This document shows positions 10,059 to 20,701 of a stretch of 64,000 bases of DNA, piece by piece. The position numbers and the translations under genes are program-made. Origin of the DNA: an uncultured bacterium (GTDB lineage: Bacteria; Actinomycetota; Acidimicrobiia; Spongiisociales; UBA5794); assembly GCA_963801165.1 (NCBI GenBank), contig CAWDDT010000010.1, forward strand, positions 32,001 through 96,000. The letters run 5' to 3'. The notes beneath the pieces were generated by a model, which saw only the letters and a program-made list of their open reading frames with translations, had not been told where the DNA came from and did not search any database. Numbering within the stretch: position 1 is the first letter of the stretch; the number at the start of each line of letters is the position of its first letter.

Positions 10059-10825
10059 GCGACGGAACCCGTGAGCCCATCCTGACAGCACAGGGCCTGG
10101 TCAAACGGTTCGGGCGGGTCGTCGCCCTCGACGGCTCCGACCTCGAGCTTTACGCGGGCGAGGTGCTCGCCGTCATCGGTGACAACGGCGCCGGTAAATC
10201 GACACTGATCAAGTGTCTGTCGGGGGCGATGGTTCCGGAAGAGGGCACCATGTACCTCGACGGCAAGCAGCTGCATTTCCGCCGGCCGACCGATGCGCGA
10301 GAAGCCGGCATAGAAACGGTATACCAGACACTGGCCGTGGCGCCGGCACTCGACATCGCCACCAACCTGTTTCTAGGGAGGGAGCGTCGCCGTGCCGGGA
10401 TGGTCGGCTCAGTGTTTCGGATGGTGGACAAAGCAGGGATGCGGAGAGACGCCAAGAACGCGCTCGACGAGCTCGGTATCGGGACGCTGCAGGACATTAC
10501 CCAGGCTGTGGAAACACTCTCCGGTGGTCAGCGGCAGGCCGTAGCCGTCGCCCGCGCCGCCGCATTCGGCAGCAGGGTGGTCATACTCGACGAGCCGACG
10601 GCGGCGCTCGGTGTCCGCGAATCGGGTCAGGTGTTGCAACTTATCCGTGATCTACGTGATCGGGGCCTTCCGGTGATCCTGATCAGCCACAACATGCCCC
10701 ACGTGTTCGAGGTCGCCGACCGGATTCACATCCAACGGCTCGGTAAACGAACCGCGATAGTCACTCCGCAGACCCATACGATGTCGGAGGCCGTCGCTAT
10801 CATGACCGGCGCCGCAGCCGCCTAG
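10055..10825 (+). CDS. sugar ABC transporter ATP-binding protein (FrcA-like)
   Basis: GDNGAGKST, LSGGQ and ILDEPT motifs. Confidence 0.95.
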   Translation: MSDGTREPILTAQGLVKRFGRVVALDGSDLELYAGEVLAVIGDNGAGKSTLIKCLSGAMVPEEGTMYLDGKQLHFRRPTDAREAGIETVYQTLAVAPALDIATNLFLGRERRRAGMVGSVFRMVDKAGMRRDAKNALDELGIGTLQDITQAVETLSGGQRQAVAVARAAAFGSRVVILDEPTAALGVRESGQVLQLIRDLRDRGLPVILISHNMPHVFEVADRIHIQRLGKRTAIVTPQTHTMSEAVAIMTGAAAA

Positions 10826-10956
10826 GACGGCGGTGATTGATCGCCGAGGAGGGTCGCATGCCCCGACACATCTGTGTGTCGATCAGGGGCGTGAGCCAGC
10901 GCCGGGTTCAATCAGAACGCTTCTAGAACACGGCTGCGCCGTGCCGAGGAGGACCG

Positions 10957-11280
10957 ATGGGCCAGACGATAAGTGTCGCCGCCAAGAGGATCGACGATTT
11001 CTGCGTGTTTACGACCGACCGTGTGCTGACCGGCCAGGACGGAGTGCGCTACGAGTCGGTGGGGGCGGCTGAGGCGGGGGATGGCTTTCTTGCTCTGTTG
11101 GCGCAACGCCTGTTCGGGTCGGACGCCGGAGTCGAGAGCGTGTGGGTGGCGTCCAGCGAGGTCATCGTCGGCCGATCCGACGGCTGGGATCCCGACAGAA
11201 TGGCGGCCGCCCAGCAGACGATCACCGATCTCTATCGGTTCTACCCACCCTCACCGGGTGGCGGCTCCGGGGCGACGTAA
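10957..11280 (+). CDS. hypothetical protein, possibly NifU/Nfu N-terminal-like
   Basis: GAGGAGG RBS. The LAQRLF...GVESVWV pattern resembles Nfu_N. Confidence 0.6.
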   Translation: MGQTISVAAKRIDDFCVFTTDRVLTGQDGVRYESVGAAEAGDGFLALLAQRLFGSDAGVESVWVASSEVIVGRSDGWDPDRMAAAQQTITDLYRFYPPSPGGGSGAT

Positions 11281-13244
11281 ACGCCGACGTTCACTGTGAC
11301 CGCAGACCCGGCGTCAACCCAGGAATTCGCACCCGGTGTCATCGACACGATGAGGCCGTCGGAGCCCTGCTCGCTGATCTCGACCGTCGGCCCCTCGACC
11401 AGGCTCAACCCGACACCCTGAAGCACAGCCCGGGCATTCTCGACCGAGCCACCGATGACCGACGGCACCTTGATCGGGCACTCGACTGTGGAGTCGGGAA
11501 CCATGCACGGGTGCACCTCGATGATCTTCGGCTCGGCGTGATAGGTCCACTGATATTCCTTTTCCTCAACCCGCCCGTCGGGCCATGTCATGACCCGCTT
11601 GACGGTATTGGAGAAGCCGCCGAATCCGTTCTGGGTGACACGTTGCTCGTCGGGGTTGAGATCATCGGCTGCGACGTATTGCTCCTCTGGTTGCGTGAAG
11701 TTGTACCGGCTCCCCAGCTGACGCTCGACCTGGCAACCGCCGTTGTTCCCATAGAACTCGACCGTGATATCCGTCGCCGTGTAATGCGTCTTGATGATGA
11801 CGACTGTATCGGTGTTGTTCTTGAAGATCAGATTGGGCTCCGGCCAGGAGACGGTCGCCTCATTGACCTCCGGGTAGCGGCTGAAGTAGTAGCTGTGCGG
11901 TTTGTGGGTCACGTCCTCGTAGCATCCGTAGAAGACCGCGTTGTAGAAGGTGGTGGCAAACTGGCTCACACCGCCGCCCACGTCGTCGACGAGTTCGCCG
12001 CCCAGGATCATCGGAGCCGAGACGTAGCCTTTCTCCGCGGTCCGCTGGCCCACGTACTCGTTGAGTGAGAATTCCTCGCCCGGCATCACCATGGCGCCAT
12101 CCACGGTGTCGGCGATCGTGTGGATGTTGGTTACGCGAGGCTGGCCCGCCGGATGCGATGTCGTGAATCCTGATACGTACCCGATGTCGCCCATCGCCTC
12201 GGCGTCGGCGGTCGTGAAATCGGCCTCCGCGCCCTTGCCAAACGGAAAGACGCCCGAATTGGTGGATGAGGCTGCGGCCTTCTCCAACGCGTCGGTCACG
12301 AGACCGGCGTCCATCAGCGTGGCGTCCCGTGACGGCAACAGGCTCACCTCTCTTGTGTCCTCGTTGATCAGGAACTGCGCGTCGCGGGCGGGTTGCTCGA
12401 TCTCGCTCTTGTGCGGTGCCAGCAGCGACTCGATCTTGGCCTGGTCGAACGACACCTCGAGCCGGACAGGCGAGTCCTTGGTGACCTTGGAGACCAACGC
12501 GTTGGCGAGTTCCTCCCGGGCGAAGGTAATGGACACCTCCGGGTCGTCGGAGGCCAGGGTCACCGGCTCGTCGATCAAGCGGGCGGCCTCGGTGGTTGCC
12601 GCGTCGATGTCGTCCCGCGTCAGCTCGGGCTGCAGCTGGGTGGTTTCGAGCGTCACGGGTGATCTGTCGATCGACTCGACGGAAGCCAGTACCTCTTGGT
12701 AGGCCTGATCGCGGTCGATACCCTCACCGGGTCGCGGATAATCGGGGAGGATGCGGGTGTCCTCGACGATGATTCCACCGTCATACGCCGGCATGGCAAT
12801 AGCCTTGGTCTGCCACTCGCTCAGTACCTCGTCGAGCAGCTCCGAATCAATGGTCACCGGAATGTCGAGCTCGATGTGGTCTCCGAAGCTTCCGAACCAG
12901 GAGAAGAAGCTGCCCGGGAATCCCTTGTCCCGGCGCTGCTGCATCGCTTCGGTCACAATCGCCTGTTCGTCGATGTTGAGGCCGATGGTTGCCGGAATGA
13001 GCGTGAATTGGGTGTTTGCGACGGTGAAGATCGCAGGGGTGTTGGCCAGCTCGGTCTCGTATTCGCGGAGCGCAGCGATCGCATCTTCCTCGCCGAGCCC
13101 GCCGAGCTGAACCCCGGCTGCCGACACGTTGCGCGCGATCTCGCCGGACGTTCGTGCGCCGTCGATGGCGAATAGGAGCACTGGCAGCAGCACGACGGCC
13201 GCCACAGCACCGATAATTATCCACCGTCGAAGTTGATGAGTCAT
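11241..13244 (-). CDS. VanW family protein with PG-binding domains and a C-terminal PASTA domain
   Basis: N-terminal TM segment, PGEEFSLN, GGGVSQFATT.YNA, HS.Y..RYP..EAT and VPSVIG (PASTA) motifs. Confidence 0.9.
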   Translation of the reverse strand: MTHQLRRWIIIGAVAAVVLLPVLLFAIDGARTSGEIARNVSAAGVQLGGLGEEDAIAALREYETELANTPAIFTVANTQFTLIPATIGLNIDEQAIVTEAMQQRRDKGFPGSFFSWFGSFGDHIELDIPVTIDSELLDEVLSEWQTKAIAMPAYDGGIIVEDTRILPDYPRPGEGIDRDQAYQEVLASVESIDRSPVTLETTQLQPELTRDDIDAATTEAARLIDEPVTLASDDPEVSITFAREELANALVSKVTKDSPVRLEVSFDQAKIESLLAPHKSEIEQPARDAQFLINEDTREVSLLPSRDATLMDAGLVTDALEKAAASSTNSGVFPFGKGAEADFTTADAEAMGDIGYVSGFTTSHPAGQPRVTNIHTIADTVDGAMVMPGEEFSLNEYVGQRTAEKGYVSAPMILGGELVDDVGGGVSQFATTFYNAVFYGCYEDVTHKPHSYYFSRYPEVNEATVSWPEPNLIFKNNTDTVVIIKTHYTATDITVEFYGNNGGCQVERQLGSRYNFTQPEEQYVAADDLNPDEQRVTQNGFGGFSNTVKRVMTWPDGRVEEKEYQWTYHAEPKIIEVHPCMVPDSTVECPIKVPSVIGGSVENARAVLQGVGLSLVEGPTVEISEQGSDGLIVSMTPGANSWVDAGSAVTVNVGVYVAPEPPPGEGG

Positions 13245-13414
13245 GTAGAAAAAGAAGAGCGGAGCGAATCCGGAATGTAATGTGCCGGCTGCCAACCGGC
13301 TCTTGTCTATCGAGCCTCCGGCAACACCAGCCCGGCGGAACGGAGCGTAGCAGCTACGCAACCGAACGCGGTCACACACCCGGCAGGCGAGTCGGAGGCG
13401 ATACCATCGGGCTC

Positions 13415-14188
13415 GTGCTCTCGTTTCCACGTGTTGCCCCGGGCAAGGCGCTCAGCATATCTGCAACGTTGTACGTCACGTTCACCCGGTGTCCTGACCA
13501 GGCGCTGGGTCGCGTACACGGTGTCTACCCCGAAGAAACGATTGCATCGTTTCGTGGAGGTCTCGCCCACCGCGTCTTCGCTCGCCATCTCGAGCGAGGT
13601 CCCATCGGGAGCGACGAGTTCGAGAAGGTATGCCGTGAGGAGATAGGCACCGGGCTGAACCCGAGCTTGGGAGCGTTGGGGCTGCGGCCGTCTCAGCTCG
13701 CTCCGGTGGTCAAGGAGGTGGGCGACCTATACCAGCGATTCAAGGCCGTCATCCGCGAGGGCTTTCGGGACGCAGACGTCTTCATCGAGCTCGAACCTGC
13801 CGCAGGCGTGACGTTGCGCGGCTCGATCGATGCCGTCTTCGACGATGCCGGCGGCGTCTGTCTCGTTGACTGGAAGACCGGTGGTCTCCACGAAATCGGA
13901 TCGCAGCTCGGGTTCTACGCGATGTTGTGGGCTCTCGATCGGGGCGAACTCCCGACGCGGGTCGAGGCGTTGTCGATAGCGTCCGGCGAGCGTTTCGAGG
14001 CCGAGCCGTCTCTGGCGTCGGTCACCGAGACTGCCGCGTCGGTCGCGGCGATGGTCACCATGCTCCGGCGAGCGGCCGATGAGGGCCGTGACGAGCTGGA
14101 GCGGATCGGCGGGCCCTGGTGCTCTTTTTGCCCGCTACTCGACTCCTGTGCCGAGGGCGCCGCCGCGGTCAAGATCACGACGGCGTGA
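13415..14188 (+). CDS. PD-(D/E)XK nuclease (RecB/AddB/Cas4-like)
   Basis: RGSIDAV, VDWKTG and QLGFYA motifs, with an N-terminal CP and C-terminal CSFCPLLDSC. Start is approximate. Confidence 0.8.
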   Translation: MLSFPRVAPGKALSISATLYVTFTRCPDQALGRVHGVYPEETIASFRGGLAHRVFARHLERGPIGSDEFEKVCREEIGTGLNPSLGALGLRPSQLAPVVKEVGDLYQRFKAVIREGFRDADVFIELEPAAGVTLRGSIDAVFDDAGGVCLVDWKTGGLHEIGSQLGFYAMLWALDRGELPTRVEALSIASGERFEAEPSLASVTETAASVAAMVTMLRRAADEGRDELERIGGPWCSFCPLLDSCAEGAAAVKITTA

Positions 14189-14309
14189 CAACCCTGTGCC
14201 CGGGTGTGTGCCGGGCGGCTCCAGCCCAGGCCTGGCATCGGTGACGCAAAATGGTGATGCATCGGGCCCGGCGACCCTTCACGCGATCAAGCAGCGCCCC
14301 TCCCATGCC

Positions 14310-15584
14310 CTATGCAACCCGCCGCTCCGCAGGAGGCTGCGGATGGAGCGCTCGTGCCGCATCGTCGACCAAATCGAGCAATTCGCGGCGCAGCGAGTCG
14401 AGTTCCTCGCGCACCGAATCGAGCCCGGTCTGCGCAGTTGTGAGCACCTTCTTGCTGCGAGAGAAGTGCTGGGCCAGCCCCCTGATCCGCTCCAGCGTGT
14501 CGAGAGCGGCGCAGGTGTCGATGCTCTCGACATGACCTGACGTGCCACGTGCCGCCGCGGTGATCCAACGAAGGGCCACTCTGGCGAGTGTTCCGTCGCC
14601 GGGATCGACGACGAGAAGCCGATTCCCATAGACGCCGAAGCTTCCCACTTCGTACGGGAAGGCGTCTTCGTGGGAGATGCACAACGCCCAGGTGGCGTTG
14701 CGGTTGTCCATCGCCCGGTCCAGCTCGCACAAGATGCCGGAAGCTCCACCCAGCGCGATCCGGGAGCTGTTCTTGACCTCGATTGCGATCCGGGTGCCGT
14801 CGGGGAGCGTCAGCGCAAAATCACCGACCCTGGCGTCGGGTCCCAACGTCCCGGACAGATTGCCGGTTCGCTCGACGATACATCCGGCCATGCTCCGCGC
14901 TTCAGCACGCAGCATGTCCTCAACCGCGTCCTCGAACTCGACACCCTTGGCCGTTCCCTTCGCCGCTTCCTGACGGCGCTCCTGCTCACCTACCAGCAGG
15001 TCGCGCAATTCGCGAAAGCGGCGCTCGAAGGTGTCGATCAATCGCCCGAGACCGTGGTCGGCCTCTGCGGAGTCGAAGACGTCGGTAAGTCGCTGTGCCA
15101 GCGGCCCGCCGGGACCCAGTATGTCTTCGATGGCGTCAACGAGCTTGGCCGTATGGCTGTCCGCACGATCGGGGTCGAGCCGGGCGAGCGTCTCCTGATG
15201 CAGTTGTGCGAGCTCTGCGAGGGTCCGGTAAGTCAGCGACGAGCGGACCTCCGGATCCAGTTGTGCCATGAGCTCATTTCGCCCGGTCCGCATCGCGTCT
15301 CCGAAATGGGTCTCGGCGGCGGTCGCCGCAGAGACGAGAATGTCGCGCACCCGATTCTCCATCTCGTCCACAGTCGCCCGCATCGTGGCCGTCGCCAGAC
15401 CGTGCAGCCCGATACCGATGGCTCTCGTCAGCTCGGCAGCTCGCTGCTCGGGATGGAGTGAACCGAGATGCTCGACCACCGCAGGCTCGGTCAGCACGAG
15501 GTTGGAGACGATGACCCGGTCGTGATCAACCGTGACGGTTGCGCCGGGCATCTGGTGGTTTGGGGAAGCCTCTGTTGTGTCCAT
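14310..15584 (-). CDS. coiled-coil protein with a restriction-endonuclease-like domain (RmuC/DUF2130-like)
   Basis: Helical N- and C-terminal parts flank KGVEFE...GDF...IAIEVKN. Confidence 0.65.
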   Translation of the reverse strand: MDTTEASPNHQMPGATVTVDHDRVIVSNLVLTEPAVVEHLGSLHPEQRAAELTRAIGIGLHGLATATMRATVDEMENRVRDILVSAATAAETHFGDAMRTGRNELMAQLDPEVRSSLTYRTLAELAQLHQETLARLDPDRADSHTAKLVDAIEDILGPGGPLAQRLTDVFDSAEADHGLGRLIDTFERRFRELRDLLVGEQERRQEAAKGTAKGVEFEDAVEDMLRAEARSMAGCIVERTGNLSGTLGPDARVGDFALTLPDGTRIAIEVKNSSRIALGGASGILCELDRAMDNRNATWALCISHEDAFPYEVGSFGVYGNRLLVVDPGDGTLARVALRWITAAARGTSGHVESIDTCAALDTLERIRGLAQHFSRSKKVLTTAQTGLDSVREELDSLRRELLDLVDDAARALHPQPPAERRVA

Positions 15585-15687
15585 ACCGGCAACTTACCGG
15601 GCGGGTGTGACACGTTTCGCGGTCGTTTGAGGGTCGCCGCCGAGCCGGAGTACCAGTCATCGGCTCGCGATGTGGTGTAATCGTCTC

Positions 15688-17289
15688 ATGCAGGCAGACG
15701 CCGTGGCGATCACCGCGCTCCGACCGAGGCTCGAAAAGCTGGCCGAACTGCTCGACAGTGTCGAGTTCAGTCTTCCGACCCAGGGCCGGGACGACGCCGA
15801 GCGTGTTCGCACCGCGGTCATCCGCACGGTTCAGGAGTACCTGATTCCCCGGCTGGACGAGCCGGAGGCGCCCGTGGTCGCTGCGGTGATCGGTGCATCG
15901 GGCACGGGTAAGTCGACGATCGTCAACTCGCTCGCCAACGACAGGATCAGCGACGTCGGTCCGTTGCGCCCGACCACCAGGAACGCGGTTCTCTGGGCTC
16001 ATCGCGAGCACGGTTCACGCTATTGGTCCGAGTTCGTGGCCCGGGTGCGGGACCGTGTCGGTCCGACAGTCGAGGTGGTGATCGGGGATGATGAGCTGAT
16101 CGGCGACCTCACGATCATCGACACCCCGCCCGCCGAGTACGTTGCCCCATCCGGAAGGCGACCAGCGGTTGATGCTCTTGCCCTTGCCGACCTTTGCGTG
16201 TTCGTCACCAGCCCGTCGCGATATGCGGATATCTCGGCTTGGGAGTTCCTCCGCGAGATCCGCTGGCGAGGCGTACCGATGCTGTTCGTCCTGAACCGGC
16301 TCCCGTCGGATCGGGACGTGGCCGCGTCGCTGTTGAACGACTTTGCCCGTCGCCTCCACGACAACGGGTTGTTGCTCGAACCCGACGCCGCCATGGTGTT
16401 CGGTGTCGACGAAGCGGTAGGAGACCGCTGGCATGGGGGTCTCGACCCGAGTGCGGTTGGGGCGCTACGCAACGAGCTCGGTGCCGTTTCGAACACCGGG
16501 TACCGCAACACGCTTGTCGCAATGACCGCATACACCACTGGTCGCAACCTGGTCGATCGGTGCCGGGTGATCAGCGACGAGTTCGCTGACATCGCGGCGA
16601 TCTCCACCGAGCTCGACTCGGCGGTGAGCGACGCATACGGCAACCAGGTCGCAGAGATCACGCGGTTGGTTGCCGACGGTGCTCTCAGCGACATGGCGCG
16701 TCACAAGACCTGGTCCGAAGCGGCCGTCGACCTGACCGCGATCGTAACCAGAAGGGCGGGGGTTGCCGCCCAGGAAACGGCCGGCATATGGATGAGTCAC
16801 GAGACGGGCGACGCGTTGCTCGCCGGCAAGGGGACCTCGCTGTGGAGGCACACGGAGGACACGTCCTGGGACGTTCAGGGCCGTCTCGAGGAATGGCAGG
16901 AGGCTCTGGCACAGGTCGTGTCCAGAAACTCCAAGAAGGGGTCTCTGGGGCCACGTCCGGCAGCGCGGCTCGCCCGCAAGGCCTGGCGAGTCGTTGTCGA
17001 TCCCGCAACGGCACCGCCCCGGGCGGTGCGACGAAGGTTCAAGCACAAGCTCGACGCTTTCATCGAGGATGCCCAGAGCAGCCTGTCGGCCGTTGTCGCC
17101 GAGGCACTCGAGTTCGATGCGAGCAGGTTCCGTGGCCACTTGAGCGATCCAGCCCGGACGGCGGCGAGACTGGAGCGGCAACTGGCTGCGATCTCGTCGT
17201 TACTCGAGGGTGACCAGCAGGGGCAGCTGCTCGAGTCCGTGCTCGATGTCGGAGAGTCGCTCACGGGTGGCGGTGACGACGATGCGTGA
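15688..17289 (+). CDS. dynamin-like GTPase
   Basis: G1 GASGTGKST, PTTR, DTP, SRY and VLNR motifs, followed by a long helical C-terminus. Confidence 0.8.
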   Translation: MQADAVAITALRPRLEKLAELLDSVEFSLPTQGRDDAERVRTAVIRTVQEYLIPRLDEPEAPVVAAVIGASGTGKSTIVNSLANDRISDVGPLRPTTRNAVLWAHREHGSRYWSEFVARVRDRVGPTVEVVIGDDELIGDLTIIDTPPAEYVAPSGRRPAVDALALADLCVFVTSPSRYADISAWEFLREIRWRGVPMLFVLNRLPSDRDVAASLLNDFARRLHDNGLLLEPDAAMVFGVDEAVGDRWHGGLDPSAVGALRNELGAVSNTGYRNTLVAMTAYTTGRNLVDRCRVISDEFADIAAISTELDSAVSDAYGNQVAEITRLVADGALSDMARHKTWSEAAVDLTAIVTRRAGVAAQETAGIWMSHETGDALLAGKGTSLWRHTEDTSWDVQGRLEEWQEALAQVVSRNSKKGSLGPRPAARLARKAWRVVVDPATAPPRAVRRRFKHKLDAFIEDAQSSLSAVVAEALEFDASRFRGHLSDPARTAARLERQLAAISSLLEGDQQGQLLESVLDVGESLTGGGDDDA

Positions 17290-18559
17290 CGTGCCGGAGC
17301 TGCTTGACGCGATCGACCTGGTTCTCGCTCGTGCCGGAGGAATCGTGCCGCAGGGTGTTCTCGACCAGGCGCGCCAATTTGCAGGTGAGATAAGAGAGCG
17401 GCGTGGCTTTCTCGGCGAGACGCTGGTGTTGGCGATCGCCGGGGGTACCGGGACCGGCAAGTCCAGCCTGGTCAACGCTCTCGCCGGTGAGGTGATCACC
17501 TCGGTCAGCGTGCTGCGGCCCCACACCGACGAGCCGTTTGCGGTGGTGCCGCAGAATCCAGAGCCTGCTGTGACGGTCCTCCTCGACACACTAGGTGTTG
17601 CCTACCGTCATGAGCACGCGGGGTTCACTCGCACCGCGATCATCGACCTGCCGGATATCGACTCGATAGCGGACTGGCATCGTGAGCGGGTTGAGGATCT
17701 GATTCCCCGGGTCGATGGCGTCATCTGGCTATTCGATCCCGATAAGTACCGCGACCCGATTGTCCACGACGAGTTCCTCACACAGCTTGCGGTGCACAAG
17801 AGCCAGTTCATCTTCGCTCTCAACAAGATCGACAAGCTGCGCCCGGACGACCTCCAGACGGTTCGGCAAGACCTGATCGACACGCTGGCAGCGGACGGCT
17901 ATCCACGACCGGCGTTGTTTGCTTTGGCGGCCGATCCACCGGGTGCGTCTCCGCGTGGCATCGACTTGTTCCGAGAGTACGTAACCGAGAGGATCGACAC
18001 CAAGACGGTCATGCTGGGCAAGGTCATACGAGACGGCGCCCGGATCGTGCGTGCGATCGGTATCGAGGCCGGTGTGTGGGAAGGGGCCTCGCTCGACTTT
18101 GACAAGGCATGGGCGAGAGTCCGTCGAGAGGTGCTGGCCGGGGTCGGCTCCGAATCGACGCATGCAGATCGCGAGGATGCGCTATGCCGTCTCGAAGACC
18201 TGACCGCGGCCATTGCCGTCAAGGCAGGTCCGCTACTGGGAAACAGGATTCGGGCTGCGGCAGATCGCGACACGATCGAAGCCCTCGTCGCCGACCTCGC
18301 GACGGCCGGTCCGGCTGATCGAGAGCAGAGCCAGGGTCTCTGGCAACGCCTCACCGGAGCGGACGACGAGAAGCCGCCACCCGGCCCGCGGGCGCAGTTG
18401 CTGGATCGGGTGCTCGGCGAGCCCCTACGCGAGATCTTGTGGAAGCGTGCCCTCCTTGGTGCCACCGTCACGCACGCGGTCGTCGGTGCCGCCCAGCTCG
18501 AGGAAAAGTTGCGACGGAGTCGGCGGGTCGACGATGAGGGGGACCCTCAGCGAGACTGA
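17282..18559 (+). CDS. dynamin-like/YfjP-like GTPase
   Basis: GGTGTGKSS, DLPDIDS, DPDKY and NKID motifs. Overlaps the upstream gene. Confidence 0.8.
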   Translation: MRDVPELLDAIDLVLARAGGIVPQGVLDQARQFAGEIRERRGFLGETLVLAIAGGTGTGKSSLVNALAGEVITSVSVLRPHTDEPFAVVPQNPEPAVTVLLDTLGVAYRHEHAGFTRTAIIDLPDIDSIADWHRERVEDLIPRVDGVIWLFDPDKYRDPIVHDEFLTQLAVHKSQFIFALNKIDKLRPDDLQTVRQDLIDTLAADGYPRPALFALAADPPGASPRGIDLFREYVTERIDTKTVMLGKVIRDGARIVRAIGIEAGVWEGASLDFDKAWARVRREVLAGVGSESTHADREDALCRLEDLTAAIAVKAGPLLGNRIRAAADRDTIEALVADLATAGPADREQSQGLWQRLTGADDEKPPPGPRAQLLDRVLGEPLREILWKRALLGATVTHAVVGAAQLEEKLRRSRRVDDEGDPQRD

Positions 18560-19476
18560 CGGCCGGGGACGACAACCGTGAGGGCATCATATGCCGGCGT
18601 TATCTCCACCGAATCAGCAGTGCCCAGCAACTCCCCGTCGGCCTGGAAGCGCGCCGGCGGTTCTGCTTCGATGATCAGCTTGTCGAACCCGGTGAACACG
18701 TGTGCTCCCGTCCGGCGGGCCATCGGCCGTCGGAGTAGCCCCCGGGCGACGAGACCGATGGCCGAGGTTGGCGAGACACGCTCGATGGCAACTGCGGTCA
18801 GCCCGTCGATCGGCTCGGGGTCGATGCGGAGTGGCACTCGACCCCAGTAGGTGTACGAGTCGTGGATCTGGACCAGCACGGTTGCAGCGTGGACCCGGGC
18901 GCCTTCACATTGGACGAGCATGTCGGGGAGCCGGGTCCGGTACTTGCCGAGCACCTGTCCCGTGACGATGGCGGCGAAGTTAAGCGACGAGAAGTGATAT
19001 TTCGCGGTGGGGCGCTGATCCGAGATGGCAACGACGTCGGCGTCGAGGCCCATTCCCAGCGAGAACACGGCATATTCCGAGCGAGCCGCCAGTGGATTCT
19101 CGGTTGCGATGTGGGCGAGGGTGAGCAGTCGCGGTCTGCCCGAGATGAGACGGGAGGCTGCCTTACCCGCGTTGGTGGGAATGCCGAGGATACGGGCAAC
19201 CACGTTGGTGGTTCCCGTGGGGATCACACCGAGCGCGGTTCCGGTGAACGCCAAACCGTTCGCTACGTGGTGGACGACACCATCTCCTCCCATCGCCGCG
19301 ACAACCGAGTAGCCGGCGGCGGCGGCGTCTGCAGCGGCCTGGCGTGACTCGGCGGGGCTGTTTGGCCACGCCGTGGTTACTGCGTAGGAGGTGGCCAGCG
19401 TCGTTTCAACCTCGCGAAGAGCCGCCCCGGTGAATCCGGATGCCGAAGGGTTGGCGATGAGCAGGAGCCGGCGCAT
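18547..19476 (-). CDS. diacylglycerol/lipid kinase family protein
   Basis: NPSA, GGDG, PTGTTN and QADGE motifs. Confidence 0.9.
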   Translation of the reverse strand: MRRLLLIANPSASGFTGAALREVETTLATSYAVTTAWPNSPAESRQAAADAAAAGYSVVAAMGGDGVVHHVANGLAFTGTALGVIPTGTTNVVARILGIPTNAGKAASRLISGRPRLLTLAHIATENPLAARSEYAVFSLGMGLDADVVAISDQRPTAKYHFSSLNFAAIVTGQVLGKYRTRLPDMLVQCEGARVHAATVLVQIHDSYTYWGRVPLRIDPEPIDGLTAVAIERVSPTSAIGLVARGLLRRPMARRTGAHVFTGFDKLIIEAEPPARFQADGELLGTADSVEITPAYDALTVVVPGRQSR

Positions 19477-19508
19477 ACCCGGGGGACGATACAGGTACGC
19501 TTGGTGCT

Positions 19509-20147
19509 ATGAGATATGTTGACCGGGCAGACGCCGGTCGCATTCTGGCCGGGAATGTCGCCGAAGTGCTGGCCCAGATGGGGGAGACGTCGTCGCCGCT
19601 CGTCCTCGGCATCCCCCGCGGTGGGGTCGTCGTTGCCGGACCCGTGGCGCGGCGCCTGGGCGGAGATCTCAACGTCGCGCTCGCCAGGAAGATGGGCGCC
19701 CCGGGCCAGCCCGAGCTGGCGCTCGGAGCCGTAGGGGAGACCGGGACGGTCGTGTTGGTCGACGACATCGTTCGAGCTTTCGGGGTCTCGGCCGCGACAC
19801 TCGACGACTTGACCCGGACCGCACAGCACGAGCTTGCCGAGCGATTGGCGGTGTACCGCGCGGTGAAGCCGGCACCCGAGGTCGCCGGGAGAGTGGTTGT
19901 CGTAGTCGATGACGGGGTCGCGACCGGTGCGACCTTTCGTGCCACCTTGCAGACGATTCGCAAGAGCGGTCCGGGCCTGCTGGTGGGTGCGATACCGGTC
20001 GGGCCAATCGATGCGACCGCCGGGCTCGAGTCAGAGGCGGATGTTCTGGTGTGCCCGCAGCGTCCGCGCTGGTTTCGTTCTGTCGGGCAGTGGTACGAGA
20101 TATTTACCCAGGTCGACGATGAGGAAGTGGTGGCGCTGTTGGTGTGA
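19509..20147 (+). CDS. phosphoribosyltransferase
   Basis: PRGG and VVVDDGVATGAT PRPP-binding loop. Confidence 0.9.
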   Translation: MRYVDRADAGRILAGNVAEVLAQMGETSSPLVLGIPRGGVVVAGPVARRLGGDLNVALARKMGAPGQPELALGAVGETGTVVLVDDIVRAFGVSAATLDDLTRTAQHELAERLAVYRAVKPAPEVAGRVVVVVDDGVATGATFRATLQTIRKSGPGLLVGAIPVGPIDATAGLESEADVLVCPQRPRWFRSVGQWYEIFTQVDDEEVVALLV

Positions 20148-20157
20148 GGAGGTGGCG

Positions 20158-20526
20158 CTACGAGGCGATCATCTTGGCGACGCGATCGCGCAGGTCGGTA
20201 GGACGGAAAGGCTTCGTCATGAAGTCATCCGCACCCCCCTCCTGTGCCTGAACGGCCACCTCGGGTTGGGCGTGTGCGGTGAGAATCAGAACCTTGGTGT
20301 CACGAGTGGCGTCGTCGGCCCGCAATCTCCGCAGGACCTCCCAGCCATCCATGCCGGGCAGCCCGATATCGAGGACGATGGCAGTCGGCAGGATCTCCCT
20401 CGCGGCTTGGAGACCGGCGATGCCGTCGGCCGCGCCGATGATGTTCAGGCTCAACTCGCGTAGGCAGACTTCGATAAGCCGGCGAACGCTTGCAGAGTCT
20501 TCAACAATCAGGATTGAGTCGCTCAC
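20158..20526 (-). CDS. single-domain response regulator
   Basis: ILIVED, LDIGLPGMDG and TKPF motifs. GTG start inferred. Confidence 0.88.
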   Translation of the reverse strand: MSDSILIVEDSASVRRLIEVCLRELSLNIIGAADGIAGLQAAREILPTAIVLDIGLPGMDGWEVLRRLRADDATRDTKVLILTAHAQPEVAVQAQEGGADDFMTKPFRPTDLRDRVAKMIAS

Positions 20527-20622
20527 CCCGACAGTATCGGCTGATTGGCGTCCCACTGCAGCGGTTTTTTCATTGTTCGGCTCCACGGCGTGTGTCGGTG
20601 CAAGGGTCGTCCGTGGCACAAC

Positions 20623-20668
20623 GATGATTTCCCACGTAGCCTTGAGATGATTTCCCACGTAGCCTTGA
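20623..20668. repeat. 23-bp perfect tandem duplication GATGATTTCCCACGTAGCCTTGA x2
   Basis: Read directly in the divergent intergenic region. Confidence 0.9.
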
Positions 20669-20701
20669 TATATGCGATCCGGCGAGCAAAGGACACCTGC
20701 G

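Noticed and set aside
13415-14188. Cas4 as evidence of a CRISPR-Cas locus
   Set aside because: It is a solo PD-(D/E)XK nuclease with no cas1/cas2 or array nearby.
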